Shown: positions 1 through 13,074, counted from the first letter of the whole stretch. The stretch is DNA of 63,480 nt, filler included, from Reticulomyxa filosa (GCA_000512085.1; 24 parts of 24 records of this genome joined end to end with filler, not necessarily neighbours in it); one strand, 5' to 3'. Notes: generated from the letters alone by a model not told the origin. Made by a program: numbers and translations.

Positions 1-566
1 TTTTAATTTACTTTCTTTTACTGAAGTTGTTCTTTTGGAACTAATCCTTTCGTATTACACTTAGTCTTCTCACAAATCCCACACTGGTGATGAGATCTTG
101 TTATAACTACTAATTTTTCAGCTTTCATCAATGATGTCTGGTGACGTGATAAGAAATTACAAATGACATTTTCGGTACTGTTAAATGAAAACTCGCTTAG
201 TCGCAATGACTATCTGGACAACATAATATTAAATTGTTTTCATGATAGCGAAAATAACGAAGGTAGATTTTTGTGATTAGTATATTTGACAAATTTCATC
301 AACAATAAATATTGCATATATTTTTGTACTACGTAAATAAATGAATAAAATTCTTTTTTGGATTGTGCAAATTTAATTGATTGTTTGTAAATGAACTCAA
401 TAAACAAGATTATACAGTCTTAATTTTGCAATAATGCTGCAAATATTGCTTCGTTAGATAAATCACGTCGCTAATTTTGTTCATTTGATTAACAGCTTTT
501 TTCAAATTAAATGCTTTGTCCTGAATGTCTGTACATAACTATTTTGAGCTTTTTCTTCTTAATTTA

Positions 567-763
567 CAGTTGCAATCAAAAGTGTTCAGATGTTGCGAAT
601 TTTCATTCGTTTTTTTACATAAATGCAAATATCCATAATGAAAAAAGATAATTTTCTGAAAATTAATAGTAGTTATATCTTACATTTATACTTTAGAAAT
701 ATTCAATTTTTTGATTTTTCATATGATAATTTATAATTTATTTCATTTTCAAAATTATCAACT
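567..763 (+). repeat. Left terminal inverted repeat (197 bp)
   Basis: Reverse complement of 1801-1997. By eye the only differences are CAGTTGCAATC vs CAGTTGCGGTC. Confidence 0.93.
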
Positions 764-859
764 CGTACATATACTTTTTCTAAAAACACTACTAATAAAC
801 TACTTGAAAAAAAGGACGTTATACAAAATCGTAGTTGTTTTTTTTATCTGTTCTAAAAT

Positions 860-1680
860 AATATCCGGCACAATGCTAATTAATTTCTGACAAAATTCTA
901 ATGTTATTTTTTCCAATTCCTCTTGAACAATATCACACTGTTAATGTCAGTTGATTTTTATTATTTTTAACAAGTCGTTTTAATTCATTCTACAAATGTT
1001 CAATTGGATTCATATCTGGAGACTTTGAAGAACATTAATATTATTTTTTGAATTCATTCTTGTGTATATTTCGATGTATGTTTTGGGTCATTGTCATGTT
1101 GAAAAATAATATCAAGTTTTTCCATTTGATACTATTATAATATTTTCATTAGTTCATCATCTAGAATTGTTTGATACAATGTAGTATCTAGAGTATTATC
1201 GATTTTGCACAAAAAACAGATACATACAAAGTCATAAAGCACAATATCATGAAAGATTCTCCACCATGCTTTATTGTTGGAATTACATTAAGATCTTGAA
1301 TTAGTTATCAGCGTTTTCTCCAGCAGTACTGCAGGTTATTTAAGTAAAAAACACTTACCTTATTTTCGTCTAATCACGACACTTTCTTCCATTCTTCAAT
1401 TGCCAATTTATATAATGATATTAAATGTTAAACGTTTTTGGCTATCTATTTTCTTAAAATATGATTTTTTATTTTGATCTTCCACGAAATCTAGCACGAT
1501 AAAGAGTTCTTTTGCAAGTTGAAACAGATATAGTATGGAAAAACTATCATTTTCAATTTCTTTCTTCATTACAGTAGCTGTAGAACATTTGTCAGATAAA
1601 GTAAACGTATCAACTTTCTTTCGCATATAATGCCATTTTTTTGGAACGTCCATTGTGGTTTTTAAAAAATTCAAATTGAT
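860..1680 (-). pseudogene. Degenerate Tc1-type DDE transposase
   Basis: Minus-strand motifs NGRSKK (GRPR-like), WKKVS*LDE (WSDE), PTIKHGG, IIFQHDNDPKHTS and SPDMNPIEHL*NELKR, interrupted by stops and frameshifts. Boundaries approximate. Confidence 0.88.
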
Positions 1681-1800
1681 AATTTTTAAGTCAATTCTAA
1701 ACTAAAAATAAATATTTTCGTTTAATTGATTTTTACCAGATGAAAATCAAAAAGTACATTGACTAAAAGGTTAATAAAACATTCAAAAGTATATTTAAGT

Positions 1801-1997
1801 AGTTGATAATTTTGAAAATGAAATAAATTATAAATTATCATATGAAAAATCAAAAAATTGAATATTTCTAAAGTATAAATGTAAGATATAACTACTATTA
1901 ATTTTCAGAAAATTATCTTTTTTCATTATGGATATTTGCATTTATGTAAAAAAACGAATGAAAATTCGCAACATCTGAACACTTTTGACCGCAACTG
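1801..1997 (-). repeat. Right terminal inverted repeat (197 bp)
   Basis: Reverse complement of 567-763. Confidence 0.93.
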
Positions 1998-2139
1998 TAA
2001 GTGTGGTTTAATGATAAAAAAAGAAAAATGTATTGCCTTTTGTTCATTTTGGTTTTTTTTATGTAAATATAAGAGGGACAATTTACAAAATGTTTCGTTC
2101 AACTTTAGACCTGTATTTTTGTCATCAGGTTGAAGAATA

Positions 2140-2239
2140 NNNNNNNNNNNNNNNNNNNNNNNNNNNNNNNNNNNNNNNNNNNNTTAATTAATTAANNNNN
2201 NNNNNNNNNNNNNNNNNNNNNNNNNNNNNNNNNNNNNNN
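2140..2239. other. Artificial contig-joining spacer (first of 23): 44 N + TTAATTAATTAA (stops in all six frames) + 44 N
   Basis: Identical 100-bp blocks start at 2140, 4964, 6635, 7930, 9289, 15107, 16304, 17404, 20697, 24788, 29960, 31643, 35389, 36505, 37935, 39035, 40575, 44299, 46208, 50043, 54368, 59324 and 61369. Genes are truncated at them. Confidence 0.98.
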
Positions 2240-2280
<41 letters not shown>

Positions 2281-3525
2281 ATCATTACGATTGCCATGAA
2301 TAATTTTTGCTTAAGACATTGCGTTTAAAGCATTTGCTTCAAATCACAAGTCACTTTCGATCGCTCCATTTTTTAAACTTTTTTTATTGTTGCCATGTTT
2401 CATCTTTTCTTTCAATGTAAGTAATGTCATTGATAACCACTTTGCGTCACTTATAACGAAGCCAGAATCAAACAAAAGTAATTTTGTTTTCATGTTCAAC
2501 AATAATCTCGTCCGTGTTAACAAAGCGTAATTGTAGCTACTGCAACACGGTTTACAATTTCATGTAAACATGATATTATATGCGAAGAATCACGAAAAGA
2601 CATAACAAACTCAAAAAGTTATTAGATTTTTATGAAATACAACAATAATTACTACAATCTTACTAGTTTTATTCTATCATCTTCAAAGATAAGTCTTCTT
2701 TTTAAGTTTAAATTTATTTTGTATTTGTAACGATCCCTATATGTAGAAAAGAAAAATAATAATAGTTAAACATTAATAAAAGATATTATGTACGTTTTTG
2801 TCTTTATCAAAAAATGTAATATAATTTGTAAATACATGCAGTGACAAAAGTACTGACACACTAAAATAGTACCTTATGAAGATGATCAAAATCTTTTTTT
2901 AAATATATATAAATCTTCAAGTGTTTCAAAATGCATTTTATTTTTTTCTACAATTTTTTGTCAATTACAAACATTTTTGTCATTTTCTACAACACTATTA
3001 TTGTGCTTTATTCGTTTTTGTAATTTTTTTTTGTTTTAGATACTTTTGTTTTACTTTTTTTTGAAAGGTTTTAACGTTTGTTTTTATTATTTGCTTTATT
3101 TTTTTTTTTGTCAGAATGTCTCAGCTTGTCCTGATAGATTTACTGTGCCTTTTTTTAAAGTGTTATTAACATTTTGACTTGTGATGATTTTTGGCAATTG
3201 CATTTTTGTGTCAATGCACTTTTTAATTTGCATTTGCTTTGTCTATGTTACCATATTATTTTTTATTTAATAAATTAAATATTTAATCGATAGCATAGCT
3301 GTCAAATTCTCAAATTAATAAGAAGAAACATTAAATTCCCTCAAAAAAAATAGTAGACAATTCAAATAATATTAAACATAAAAAATAAGAAATCTCAGTT
3401 ATAACCATTAACAGCCGATTGGATATGTGAACGATAAACGTGATTAATATTTATGTTTGTATTGTTCGTTGAAAGTGAACTTGGTTGTTTGATTTAAATG
3501 ATGAAAGAAAAGTTCAAGAGACATT

Positions 3526-4004
3526 ATGTGGAGTATATTCGGCAAGAGAGAAAAGAAATCTGAAGTTAAAGAGTCAAATACCTCTGAAGTCAAAGATTCA
3601 GACGCTTCTGAAGACAAAGGGTCAAAAGTAGCTAAAGACAAAGAGCCGAAAGTGTCTGAGGACAAAGAGGCAGAGACAAAAAATGAGGAGATGCCATCCT
3701 ATGTGATTGACAACGGAAGCGGAACAATAAAGGCAGGAGTTGGTGGGGATGATGCTCCCAAAGCTATTTTCCGTCCAGTTGTTGGGCAGCCAAGACATGG
3801 TATACAAAAGTATGCATCGAATTCAAGATTTTTTGTTGGTGACGATGTCCACGGCAATAGTGACATTTTTTTATTGCGATATCCAATGGAGCGTGGACTG
3901 ATGATAAATTGGGACGATATGGAGAAGATTTGGCACCGTACTTTTTACAAGTTTACATATTGTCAACAAGATATAATAACAATTAACTAAAGTCATTATA
4001 TACA

Positions 4005-4066
<62 letters not shown>

Positions 4067-4928
4067 TTATATTGATAGTGAGCTTAATGTTTCTCCGAAA
4101 AACGCAAATGTGCTATTGACTGATATGCCGTGGGGTGCAAGATCGAGTAGAGAAGAAATGGCTCAAATAATGTTTGAGAGGTTCAATACAGGCGGTGTGT
4201 ATATAGCAACAGCAGGAGTATTGGGATTGTACTCTAGTGGCCGAATAACCGGTATGTGTTGTGATAGCGGAGAGGCGGGTACACAGATCCTTGCGATAGA
4301 TGAAGGGAATATCATACCTCGCTCTCGTCTCACAATGGGATTGGGTGGTCGAGATGTGACAAATTATTTGCTGCAACTGTTGTTGCGATCGGGCTATTTG
4401 TTCACCACAATCTCAGAAAAACAGGCCATTCAACAGCTGAAAGAGGCATTGTCGTATGTCGCTTTGGACTATGAGCAAGAGCTGAAAAAAGCTGAAACTT
4501 CCACCGATTGCCAACGAGTCTATACATTGCCTGATGGCCAAACTATCACCGTTGGCTCTGAGCGGTTCCGATGCGCTGAAGCTTTGTTCAAACCCTATTG
4601 GGCAGGACCTGACAGGGAAGGCGTTCATATGCTCATCTACCAATCTCTTATGAAGTGCGAAGATGAACTCAGAGGAGTGCTGTCCAAAAACATCGTCCTG
4701 GCTGGGGGTAACACCATGTTCGGTGGCATTGCAGAAAGAATGTTAAATGAAGTCACTACTTTGATCCCTGTTTCTTTGACTTGTCATGTCGATGCTCTTC
4801 CCGATAAACATTCGATTTGGATGGGGGGCAGTATTCTGGCCTCGTTGAAATCTTTTGAGAATATGATGATCAATATTAATGAATACTATGAATATGGACC
4901 ATCCATTGTGCACAGAAAAAAAGGATAA
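3526..4928 (+). CDS. Divergent actin / actin-related protein with a ~55-aa charged N-terminal extension; 2 exons (3526-3950, 4079-4928), 424 aa
   Basis: VIDNGSGTIKAG, WDDMEKIWH, LPDGQTITVGSERFRCAEALF, NIVLAGGNTMF and YGPSIVHRK. A GT-AG intron at 3951-4078 restores TFYNELNVSP. Confidence 0.93.
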
Positions 4929-7246
4929 ATAAATACAAAGAAAAAAAAAAAAAAGAAAAAAAANNNNNNNNNNNNNNNNNNNNNNNNNNNNNNNNNNNNN
5001 NNNNNNNTTAATTAATTAANNNNNNNNNNNNNNNNNNNNNNNNNNNNNNNNNNNNNNNNNNNNTTCCCTTTTAAAAAAAGTTCTCTTATACATCACGAAA
5101 GTGGTTTTTGCTATGCTTTCTTCAAACAATCTAACAAGCCAAACGTATACAACATGGAGAGCTCTTTCACCAATGTATTCCTCTACAAAAATGTAACAGC
5201 TGCCGAAAAAGAAAGAATAGAGTCTGTGTAAACCCATGAAATTATTTATTAATAAATCAGATATTCGATCATACACCACAATATTACCTTCTGTTCATCA
5301 ATCGAAATTGATTGTCTATAACAATCAGTACGTGGAATTACAAAAAATCATCACAACAATGGAGCCAATTTGACTATCCAAAAAAAAATAAAGAATAACA
5401 AGTTATCAATGATTTACTTTTTTTTAGAATTATCATAAGTGAAAAAAATATTTGATATTGAAAAATCACAGTATAGATGTACACACAATCAATCTGATGA
5501 TACATTATCAAAACATGTAAATCTTCAGCCATAATTTCTGAACATTCCAGGAGCGGGAATCGAATTAGCAAATAAATTTTTGTTATCAAAAAACAATTTA
5601 AAAAAAGGATTCTCCCATAAAATCCTTAATAATGGAGAGAGGCCAAGTTGATGAACGCGGATAAAGTATGTAATTAGTCTTTAAAGTCAAGATCCTTCAA
5701 GTAGATTTGAAAAAAAAGGGACCCTCACAAAAAAAATAGACATGACACCACAATTTGGATCAGTGGTGGAAACACTACAGCTACTTCAAGTAAGAGGTCT
5801 CTTGAAACTAACAATGATAACAGATTTTGAGAATTTTGTGCAACTGGATGTACAGAATGAAGACAAAGAGACACACAAACTAGCCTCTTCGTATCTTTTC
5901 AATCTGTCTTTAAAAATAGTGACAAAGAAGAACTTTAGAAATGAGTTTTGACGTCATTTTCGCAAAACAAAGATCGCTCATGGAAAATCTATTAAACATT
6001 AAGAAAACACATTCATCATCAGAAAGTATGAAGTACATGTCTTACTCAATCTTTTTTGACAGTAAAGCTAAGAGAACATTGCATAGATTTATGAATGACT
6101 TGGCAGAAAGTGATCCAAAGGTATATCAAGAATTCCTGGCCTCTCAATACAGGGTTGGACCATTGGGGGTAGAATATATATGATACAATTCTGGAAAAAA
6201 AGAATGGTTTGGACACTCGAAACCCTAAAGACATTTGAGAGTGATGTCTCTGGCTATGCCTTCAAAGGGAGTGACACACCATTTTTTTCCCAATTTGTGT
6301 CTCTACAAATGTACTCAAAATTCTCGGCAACAAACAATGATTTCATATTGTCATATTCTAGCAATAAAAAATCTTACTACAAAACTAAACATAATTTTTT
6401 TCCGATAAAAAGTGCGATTCACATAATATGGTGACATTATGTACGTTTATTTCATTTATGTGTGTAATCAATCGAAAAACATATAAAATTAAGTTCTATT
6501 GACTACGATAAATTTTAATATGTCTAAGATTTTCCAAATTCAGAAATGTTAGTAAATAGTTTGTTGTCAGTACTTAAGGACAACAAAAATCCCCCTTTTC
6601 TTTGAAAAAGAAAAATGTCAGAAATAAGATCCAGNNNNNNNNNNNNNNNNNNNNNNNNNNNNNNNNNNNNNNNNNNNNTTAATTAATTAANNNNNNNNNN
6701 NNNNNNNNNNNNNNNNNNNNNNNNNNNNNNNNNNCGGTCTGAGAGGAGAGGGAAGGGGAAGGAGAAGAGGAAGAAAAAAAAAAAAAATGTACTATTCAAG
6801 TGTTGTTTTTTTTGGCCAGTTCTTTTAGTTTGTCTAATGGCGTAGCAAGTTTTCAAATAACCCAATTTTGTTGTCCCCTTTTTTTTTCATAGTCAATCGA
6901 CCATCAACGCACTTGAAGTCACCTCCCTCCTTTTCGTTTTAAATAAAAAAGTCGATCACAGAAATAAATACTTTCTTTTTCTCCACAAAAAAGAACAGAT
7001 GTATCCACAGCAATTGTTTCGAAAAAAATTCAACTATAAATAAATGACACGTTTTGTGGTTGTACGTGGGCAAATGTAAAACTTTTTTTTTGGTATGAAA
7101 TTGTAAAACATGGTTTTTTGGATTTAATAATGGCGCTAACAAGTTAAACAAACACAGCGGAACGGGTCATGGAAATAAAAAAAATTTCTTTGTAATCAAC
7201 GATCTTTTAAAGTACAGACAGCTATTGAATCGCTAACAAAAAGAAA

Positions 7247-7890
7247 ATGATAAAAAAAAGTGCGTCATTGCAGAGAACGTTATGGTGTAGTATTTTGGCT
7301 GTGTGGATGACATTGGCAGTGACCAGAGACATGGACGCATATCCGTCGGACGACCCTTGCATTGAGTACAATCAAGTGCAAAACTGTCCGACAGAAGACT
7401 GGGTGTGTGTGACGGTACCAGCAAATGAACACAGCATGAACGCACAAGACAAAGAGCTATTAGTAGAGAACGAACTGAATGGATTTACGAACACGACCAC
7501 ACTCTCACATATTGCGTTGTATTCCACAACAACAAACTGACTTATCATTGCAATATCAACACATAATACTCGAACACAATCAAATTGTTTGGGTTTTCGC
7601 GAATCTTTATTCCGGCCATGCATATATCATGCATTTTCAAATGGAGTAAGTACTTCCCCCGATTGGAAAGTATACGTAGATCAAAGTGATTTCAAAGATC
7701 TAACTGCGTCAATGCCTTGACAAAGATGATGAAGAACATTTGTCCTAGGGGAATGTTCCACGACGGCAAGCGATGGTTCTTCTATCTGTATTTCATAGAT
7801 GGCGACTATACTTATCACAATGAGAATGATATACACAAAACGATGATCGATTACAACTTCACACCACAAGAACTCATACATGGATAGTCT
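7247..7890 (+). pseudogene. Hypothetical secreted-type protein, disrupted
   Basis: Signal-peptide-like start and Cys-containing segment (7247-7540). Coding-like sequence continues past the TGA in shifting frames. No family recognised. Confidence 0.3.
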
Positions 7891-8029
7891 AATCAGGTCC
7901 TGTCTACTTTAGTGTCACTGAGACCACGTNNNNNNNNNNNNNNNNNNNNNNNNNNNNNNNNNNNNNNNNNNNNTTAATTAATTAANNNNNNNNNNNNNNN
8001 NNNNNNNNNNNNNNNNNNNNNNNNNNNNN

Positions 8030-8260
8030 TTCCATAATTTGGGCATATAATCAAATAATAATACAAGTGAATCAATCATCGTTCTTTATCATTTGATTGT
8101 GGATATTATCTGGTCCTTGTGCTTTGTTCATTGATATATGTCTCAATGCTTCAATCACTTCTTCTTCTGTTACTTATCTTTGGCGCTCATTTCAATTTAG
8201 AAATGAATACATTTCATCATCTTTTATCATCTCAACAACTGATGTTATTTCATCTTTGAC
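8030..8260 (-). mobile_element. Non-LTR retrotransposon (LINE) RT fragment, N-terminal domain 0 region
   Basis: Minus strand reads TEEEVIEALRHISMNKAQGPDNIHNQMIKN (KAPGPD motif), closely matching the LINE copy near 57660-57740. Confidence 0.75.
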
Positions 8261-8269
8261 CATGTTATT

Positions 8270-8420
8270 ACGTACAGCAAGGCAGCAAGGAAACTTGGAT
8301 ATTTGACATACTTATGCTCAGGCCAAGTCTATCTACGTATAATTTATTATACAAGACCATCATTCGTCCAAGTCTTGAGTATGCAACTGCATTTTGGAAT
8401 GGCTGAGATAGTTGTAATAT
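8270..8420 (+). mobile_element. Non-LTR retrotransposon (LINE) RT C-terminal (thumb) fragment
   Basis: Plus strand reads KAARKLGYL then, after a frameshift, YNLLYKTIIRPSLEYATAFWNG. It matches KAGRKLGYL at ~58555. Confidence 0.75.
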
Positions 8421-9388
8421 TGAAATTCCAAAACGAAAAAGGAAAAGGAAAAACATCTCAACCAAGCACCTCAATCACAAGGAATACAGTACTAAAATTA
8501 CAATGTCTTACAAAGTAATCAATAAAACAACACTTGCACATTTCGTGTATTCATCATTAAAACCAAGGAAAAAAACCAAAAGTAAAAAAAAATATTTAGT
8601 ATCAAAGTCTGAAGAAAAATATAACACAAAAACAATAACCAAAAACATATTAATATTTCTTTCCCAAATTGTGGAATACCAACGTAGATTTTGATCAGAC
8701 CGGATGGTATCACAAAGTATCCAATCGGAAAGATCAAGTAACTCACAATTCAAAAAAGGAAATACAGCACGGATTTTGATCCAACCTGCTGTATTCGCAA
8801 AAATTGTAATATGTGCTGAATGAAGATTGTAAAAAATAAAATATAATTCAAACAAACAATGAAACAAACATCAAATTTGCTTCGGTTAAAAAAAAATCCT
8901 TCAGTATTTGTGAGTCCTAAAGGACAATAATTAATTCACTAGAGCATGAAAGCTCTGTACGGCTGTATTCAGGGGTTGGGACACAATACAACCATTTGTT
9001 TCATCTTTGGGGTTTCCCTCACGCTCTGCATTCGGATGCTGCTCAACCGAATCCTCTTAGCCTTGTTTTCGAGTGTTGAAGTCTCAGGGAAATATTGAGA
9101 TTCAATTCACCTTTTTTAACAAATTAAAGCAAACTAAAACAAAAAATAAAATTTAAACACTTATTATTGAAGAAACGCATGCGAATGCTGTTGATATTGC
9201 CATTTCAGCTTATTTAATATATATCTGATCTCGCGCAAAATCGCAATATCAGATATATGAAAGTTTTCAACTAGTAAAAAAGATTTTTNNNNNNNNNNNN
9301 NNNNNNNNNNNNNNNNNNNNNNNNNNNNNNNNTTAATTAATTAANNNNNNNNNNNNNNNNNNNNNNNNNNNNNNNNNNNNNNNNNNNN

Positions 9389-9714
9389 GCAAATTGAGAC
9401 AGTGACGCTTTCACGTCCAACAGAGATTCCAAGTTTTCCAACAAATTTAGCTGCTCTTGCTGTTGCTTGCGTCTGGCATCCCATTGATAGATTCGTTGGT
9501 TGTCGATTGGACTCATTGGAATCATCATTTTTGCTTTTTTTGTTGGTGTTGTTATTGTTTGTTCGACAGTTGGTAATTTACAAAAGAAACAAGAAAATGC
9601 TTTTTTTGAGCAAGGCAGCTGTTGTGCTTGCTTAACGCCATACTTGATTGATTAACAGACTGATTCTCTTCATCACTGAACATGTCATAATTTTTTGCGT
9701 CGTGGTCGCTCATT
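9389..9714 (-). CDS. Hypothetical protein, 5' part (truncated by spacer)
   Basis: Possible start MSDHDAKNYDMFSDEENQ and downstream coding-like IYQWDARRKQQQEQLNLLENLESLLD. Exon structure unresolved. Confidence 0.3.
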
Positions 9715-11435
9715 GAGACTTAAGACTTAACTTGTCACGTTCACGTGATTTGAGTAATTTCAACAAGGGGGGGACGAAAACACCTTTCTTGGAACTGTGA
9801 CTGTTTTTCAATATATCCATAACTTTACAATTTATTTTAAATCCTTTGCAAAGAAAAATATAAAACTAAGACACTGAATGTAAACAAAAAAATCTAAATG
9901 TACAAGAAGAAAGATATTAGTCATTCCCACAATGCATTCTTTTTTATGAAAAAACTGGAAGTTGGTATCTTTTGAAAACTGAAAAACATTAACTCGCCCA
10001 AAAACACAAAAATGAATGGAATGTGTAAGAAATGGTTTTACTCAGGAAAAAAACAAAAAAACGATCAAAAAAGTCACAAAAGTAAGAAAAATGAATCACA
10101 CCAACCAGGAAGAAAAAAGAATTTCTCCGACCCAAATGAGCATTTTTGATCTCTATTTTCATGTTTCAAAGACACCAATTATATCAAGAAACCATAACAC
10201 TGTCTTTCTGCCAAAAAAAAGGCTTCAATTCACAAAGAGATAAAAAAAATACAAACCACCCATATACCTTCAGGGGCAATACAAAAAATCAAAGACAACA
10301 CACAAAAATTTGACAAAACACAAGTCACTGAGACGTATCTTGTCTTCTGCTCAGTAAAAAAAAAGTTGGAATGAAAAGAAAAAAGTAACAGCAGAACCCA
10401 GAAAGAAAATTTTTTTAAAAACAAATGAAAACACAAAGTCCTTTTTTTTTTTCTTATAAGACGAAACAAACAAAACAATATTTTTTTTTGGATGAATTTT
10501 TTTTTAATTAGAAACAAACAAAAAAAAAGCGACATTCTAAGATTAACCATATAAAAATGCTCTTAGGTTGATCAACTCGAAACATTTTCGTTTGGGTCAA
10601 ACATTTTTGGATCAACAAATTACCAAAAAACAAACAAACAAAAAATTGACAACAATAAATAAACAAAAGAGGAAAAAAGGCATCGGCGACACTCCTCAAT
10701 TTCTTTTCAAATTACTATTCGACTTATTACAAACCTTCACACCAAAAAAATTTTCTATGATATTTTTTTAAAATATTTTTGTTTTCCTATGTTCATATTT
10801 GGTTGTAACAAAGAAGGGCAAAAAAAACAGTGCAGTTAATTCTTTCAAAGGGATTGTTTTCATTGATTAGAAAGTGCGGCAAGATTTCAATGCCGCCATT
10901 TTGAGGGGATAAGGGGAAACAAAAAAATAAAAATAGCAAAAATATACCAACGGAAAAAAAATAAAATTTTTTTTCCTACAACGATGAAAGGTTGATTTTG
11001 AGGAGAAAGAAAAAAGGGGGAGGGAAAAAAAAAAAAATAATAAAAAAAAAAAAAAGAAAAAAAGACAAAAGAAAGAGAACAAATCCCCAAGATACAATAA
11101 ACAAACAAACAAACAAGAAAAAATTTGTTGGAATAAAAAAAAGCCTTTCCAGGGCAAAAAGCGATCCATTCTTTTCTTTTTGACAGACACACATTAAGTT
11201 GATACATTGTTGTGTGATTACATATGTGTCTGGTATTGATTCGACAGAGGAAAAAAACGAAACAAAACAAACAAAAAAAAACAATGAATGATCGCATACA
11301 ACGAAAGTTGTGTGATTGCTACGTTACCTATGTAAGGGTCACATATCACATAATGGACAAAAAAACAAGCAAACGAAATGAAACAACAACAATAACAATA
11401 ATAATAATAATAATAATAATAGTAATAAAAAAATG

Positions 11436-12271
11436 TCATGGATACCGAAACGGGCCAGGATTCGAAAATTGTGAAACAATGGATGGCACAGTTGAGTTGA
11501 CATCCATAGTGCCTGGAGGTGGTGTTTGACGATTGTGAATGCGGCCAAAGCTTCCAGTTCTTTGTGACTGAGATGTTGGTGATGTCGGCGATTGCGACAC
11601 ACCATTTCCATCTTCTTTCGTTTCGCTATTGTTAACTCTCATTCGCGGCGTAATACTTCCACCTGCACTCGTCAAAGGTAGAGTGGACTGTACACTTCGA
11701 AGAGAAGAAGATCTCGTAAACACTGGCCTGGGAGACTTGGATGTATTGTTGCTCACCACGGTCGTGGCATTTGTATTCGTACCTGCACCTACTCCAATGC
11801 CAACTCCTTGCACGTTGGAAGTGACTCCGCTTCGTGAGTGAAATGACTCTGGCATTTTCTTATTGCTAATGACATTAATAGAGCCATTGTGATTTTGAGC
11901 CATGGATGGCGGAGTGACAATGGCAGAAGGGGCAGTAAATGAGGATGTTACAAAGGTAGAGTCTTTGACGACGGGTGGAGTTGTGTGCTGACTTTTGCCG
12001 TCGTGTATAACTGTGGACCCAATCCGCGGCGATGTATTCAATCGCAGAGCTGGAATGCCATGAACGCTACTATTGCGAATGGCATGCAAAGAAGAGGAGT
12101 AGGTGGATGTGCCTGATCCTTGTCTGCCCAGTGATGGTATTATTGGATTATTGTTGTTATTATCATTATTGCTATTGTTATTGTTGTTATTATTAATGTT
12201 GCTATTGTTATTATTGTTATTGATATTGATAGTGTTATTGATATTGTTATTGTTATTATTACCATTATTAC

Positions 12272-12314
<43 letters not shown>

Positions 12315-13042
12315 GATATTAACATTAGCATTAGTGTGGACAGTTTCACTGACAATAAAATTGTTGTTGGTGCCTCCATTACTCAGATTATTGGCAGCGT
12401 AAAATGCATGGTATTCACGCGACGAGGTTGGCTGCTTGTGAACAGGGACGATATTGTTTGTGGTAGGGCCCATCGAAGAGATAACGGCATTTGGGTTGAT
12501 ATTATATGCTGCTGTCACATTGGCCGTCGGTTGCGAAGGCAGAGACACTGGCACCGAAACGAGGAAACAGGGCCAGTGTAAAGTGCGAACGAGGGTGGAC
12601 CCGGATAAATCCAAGACGGTACATAGTGTTGTGGATAGCCATTGACATTGGGTGGGAGTGAGAGGGGAAAGGGGATAACCGAGGGATTGGTCCACATGTA
12701 TGGAACCATGGCCGGCGTCGTTTGTGGAGGACTGGCCATTGGCAAGGCGGTGGATATCGAAGTGGGCTGTGTTTGAGCAATCAAGCCAGAGTACATGGCC
12801 CCCATCAACGGCGTCGATGACGAATTGTTAGTGGGCAAATTGCCATTACTCGAGTTCATAAACGAGGTGGTAGTCCCGGGGTTTAGAGTTGATAGACTCC
12901 GTTCGGATCCGGGCAGTGAAGAAGCACTGAAGGTTCGAGTTAGCGGTGATATTAAATTGTACTCACTCTTGGAACTGTTCAGATTCAGAACAACACAAAA
13001 GAGAAACAAGGAGATTATGAAATTGTTTACGTTGTATAAATT

Positions 13043-13074
<32 letters not shown>

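Larger units (their letters stand above)
567..1997 (-). mobile_element. Tc1/mariner-superfamily (Tc1-like) DNA transposon, complete ends, defective transposase
   Basis: Starts CAGTTGC at 567 and ends GCAACTG at 1997, flanked by TA (565-566, 1998-1999). 197-bp terminal inverted repeats. Internal minus-strand transposase motifs. Confidence 0.93.

Noticed and set aside
860-1400. Stop-codon reassignment (TGA/TAG = Trp), suggested by stops at conserved Trp positions
   Set aside because: The same sequences carry frameshifts and deletions, intact genes use TGG for Trp and end at ordinary stops, and TGG-to-TAG/TGA is ordinary decay.
5064-6634. Chain of short plus-strand ORFs
   Set aside because: Probably a decayed gene, but I recognised no motif, so no call can be supported.
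7538-7540. In-frame TGA as selenocysteine in a secreted protein
   Set aside because: There is no redox-motif context, further frame breaks follow, and no SECIS was recognisable.
10000-12650. Many overlapping poly-Leu/Ile/Phe/Lys/Tyr ORFs
   Set aside because: These are shadows of AAT microsatellites and A/T tracts in UTR, intergenic or antisense frames.
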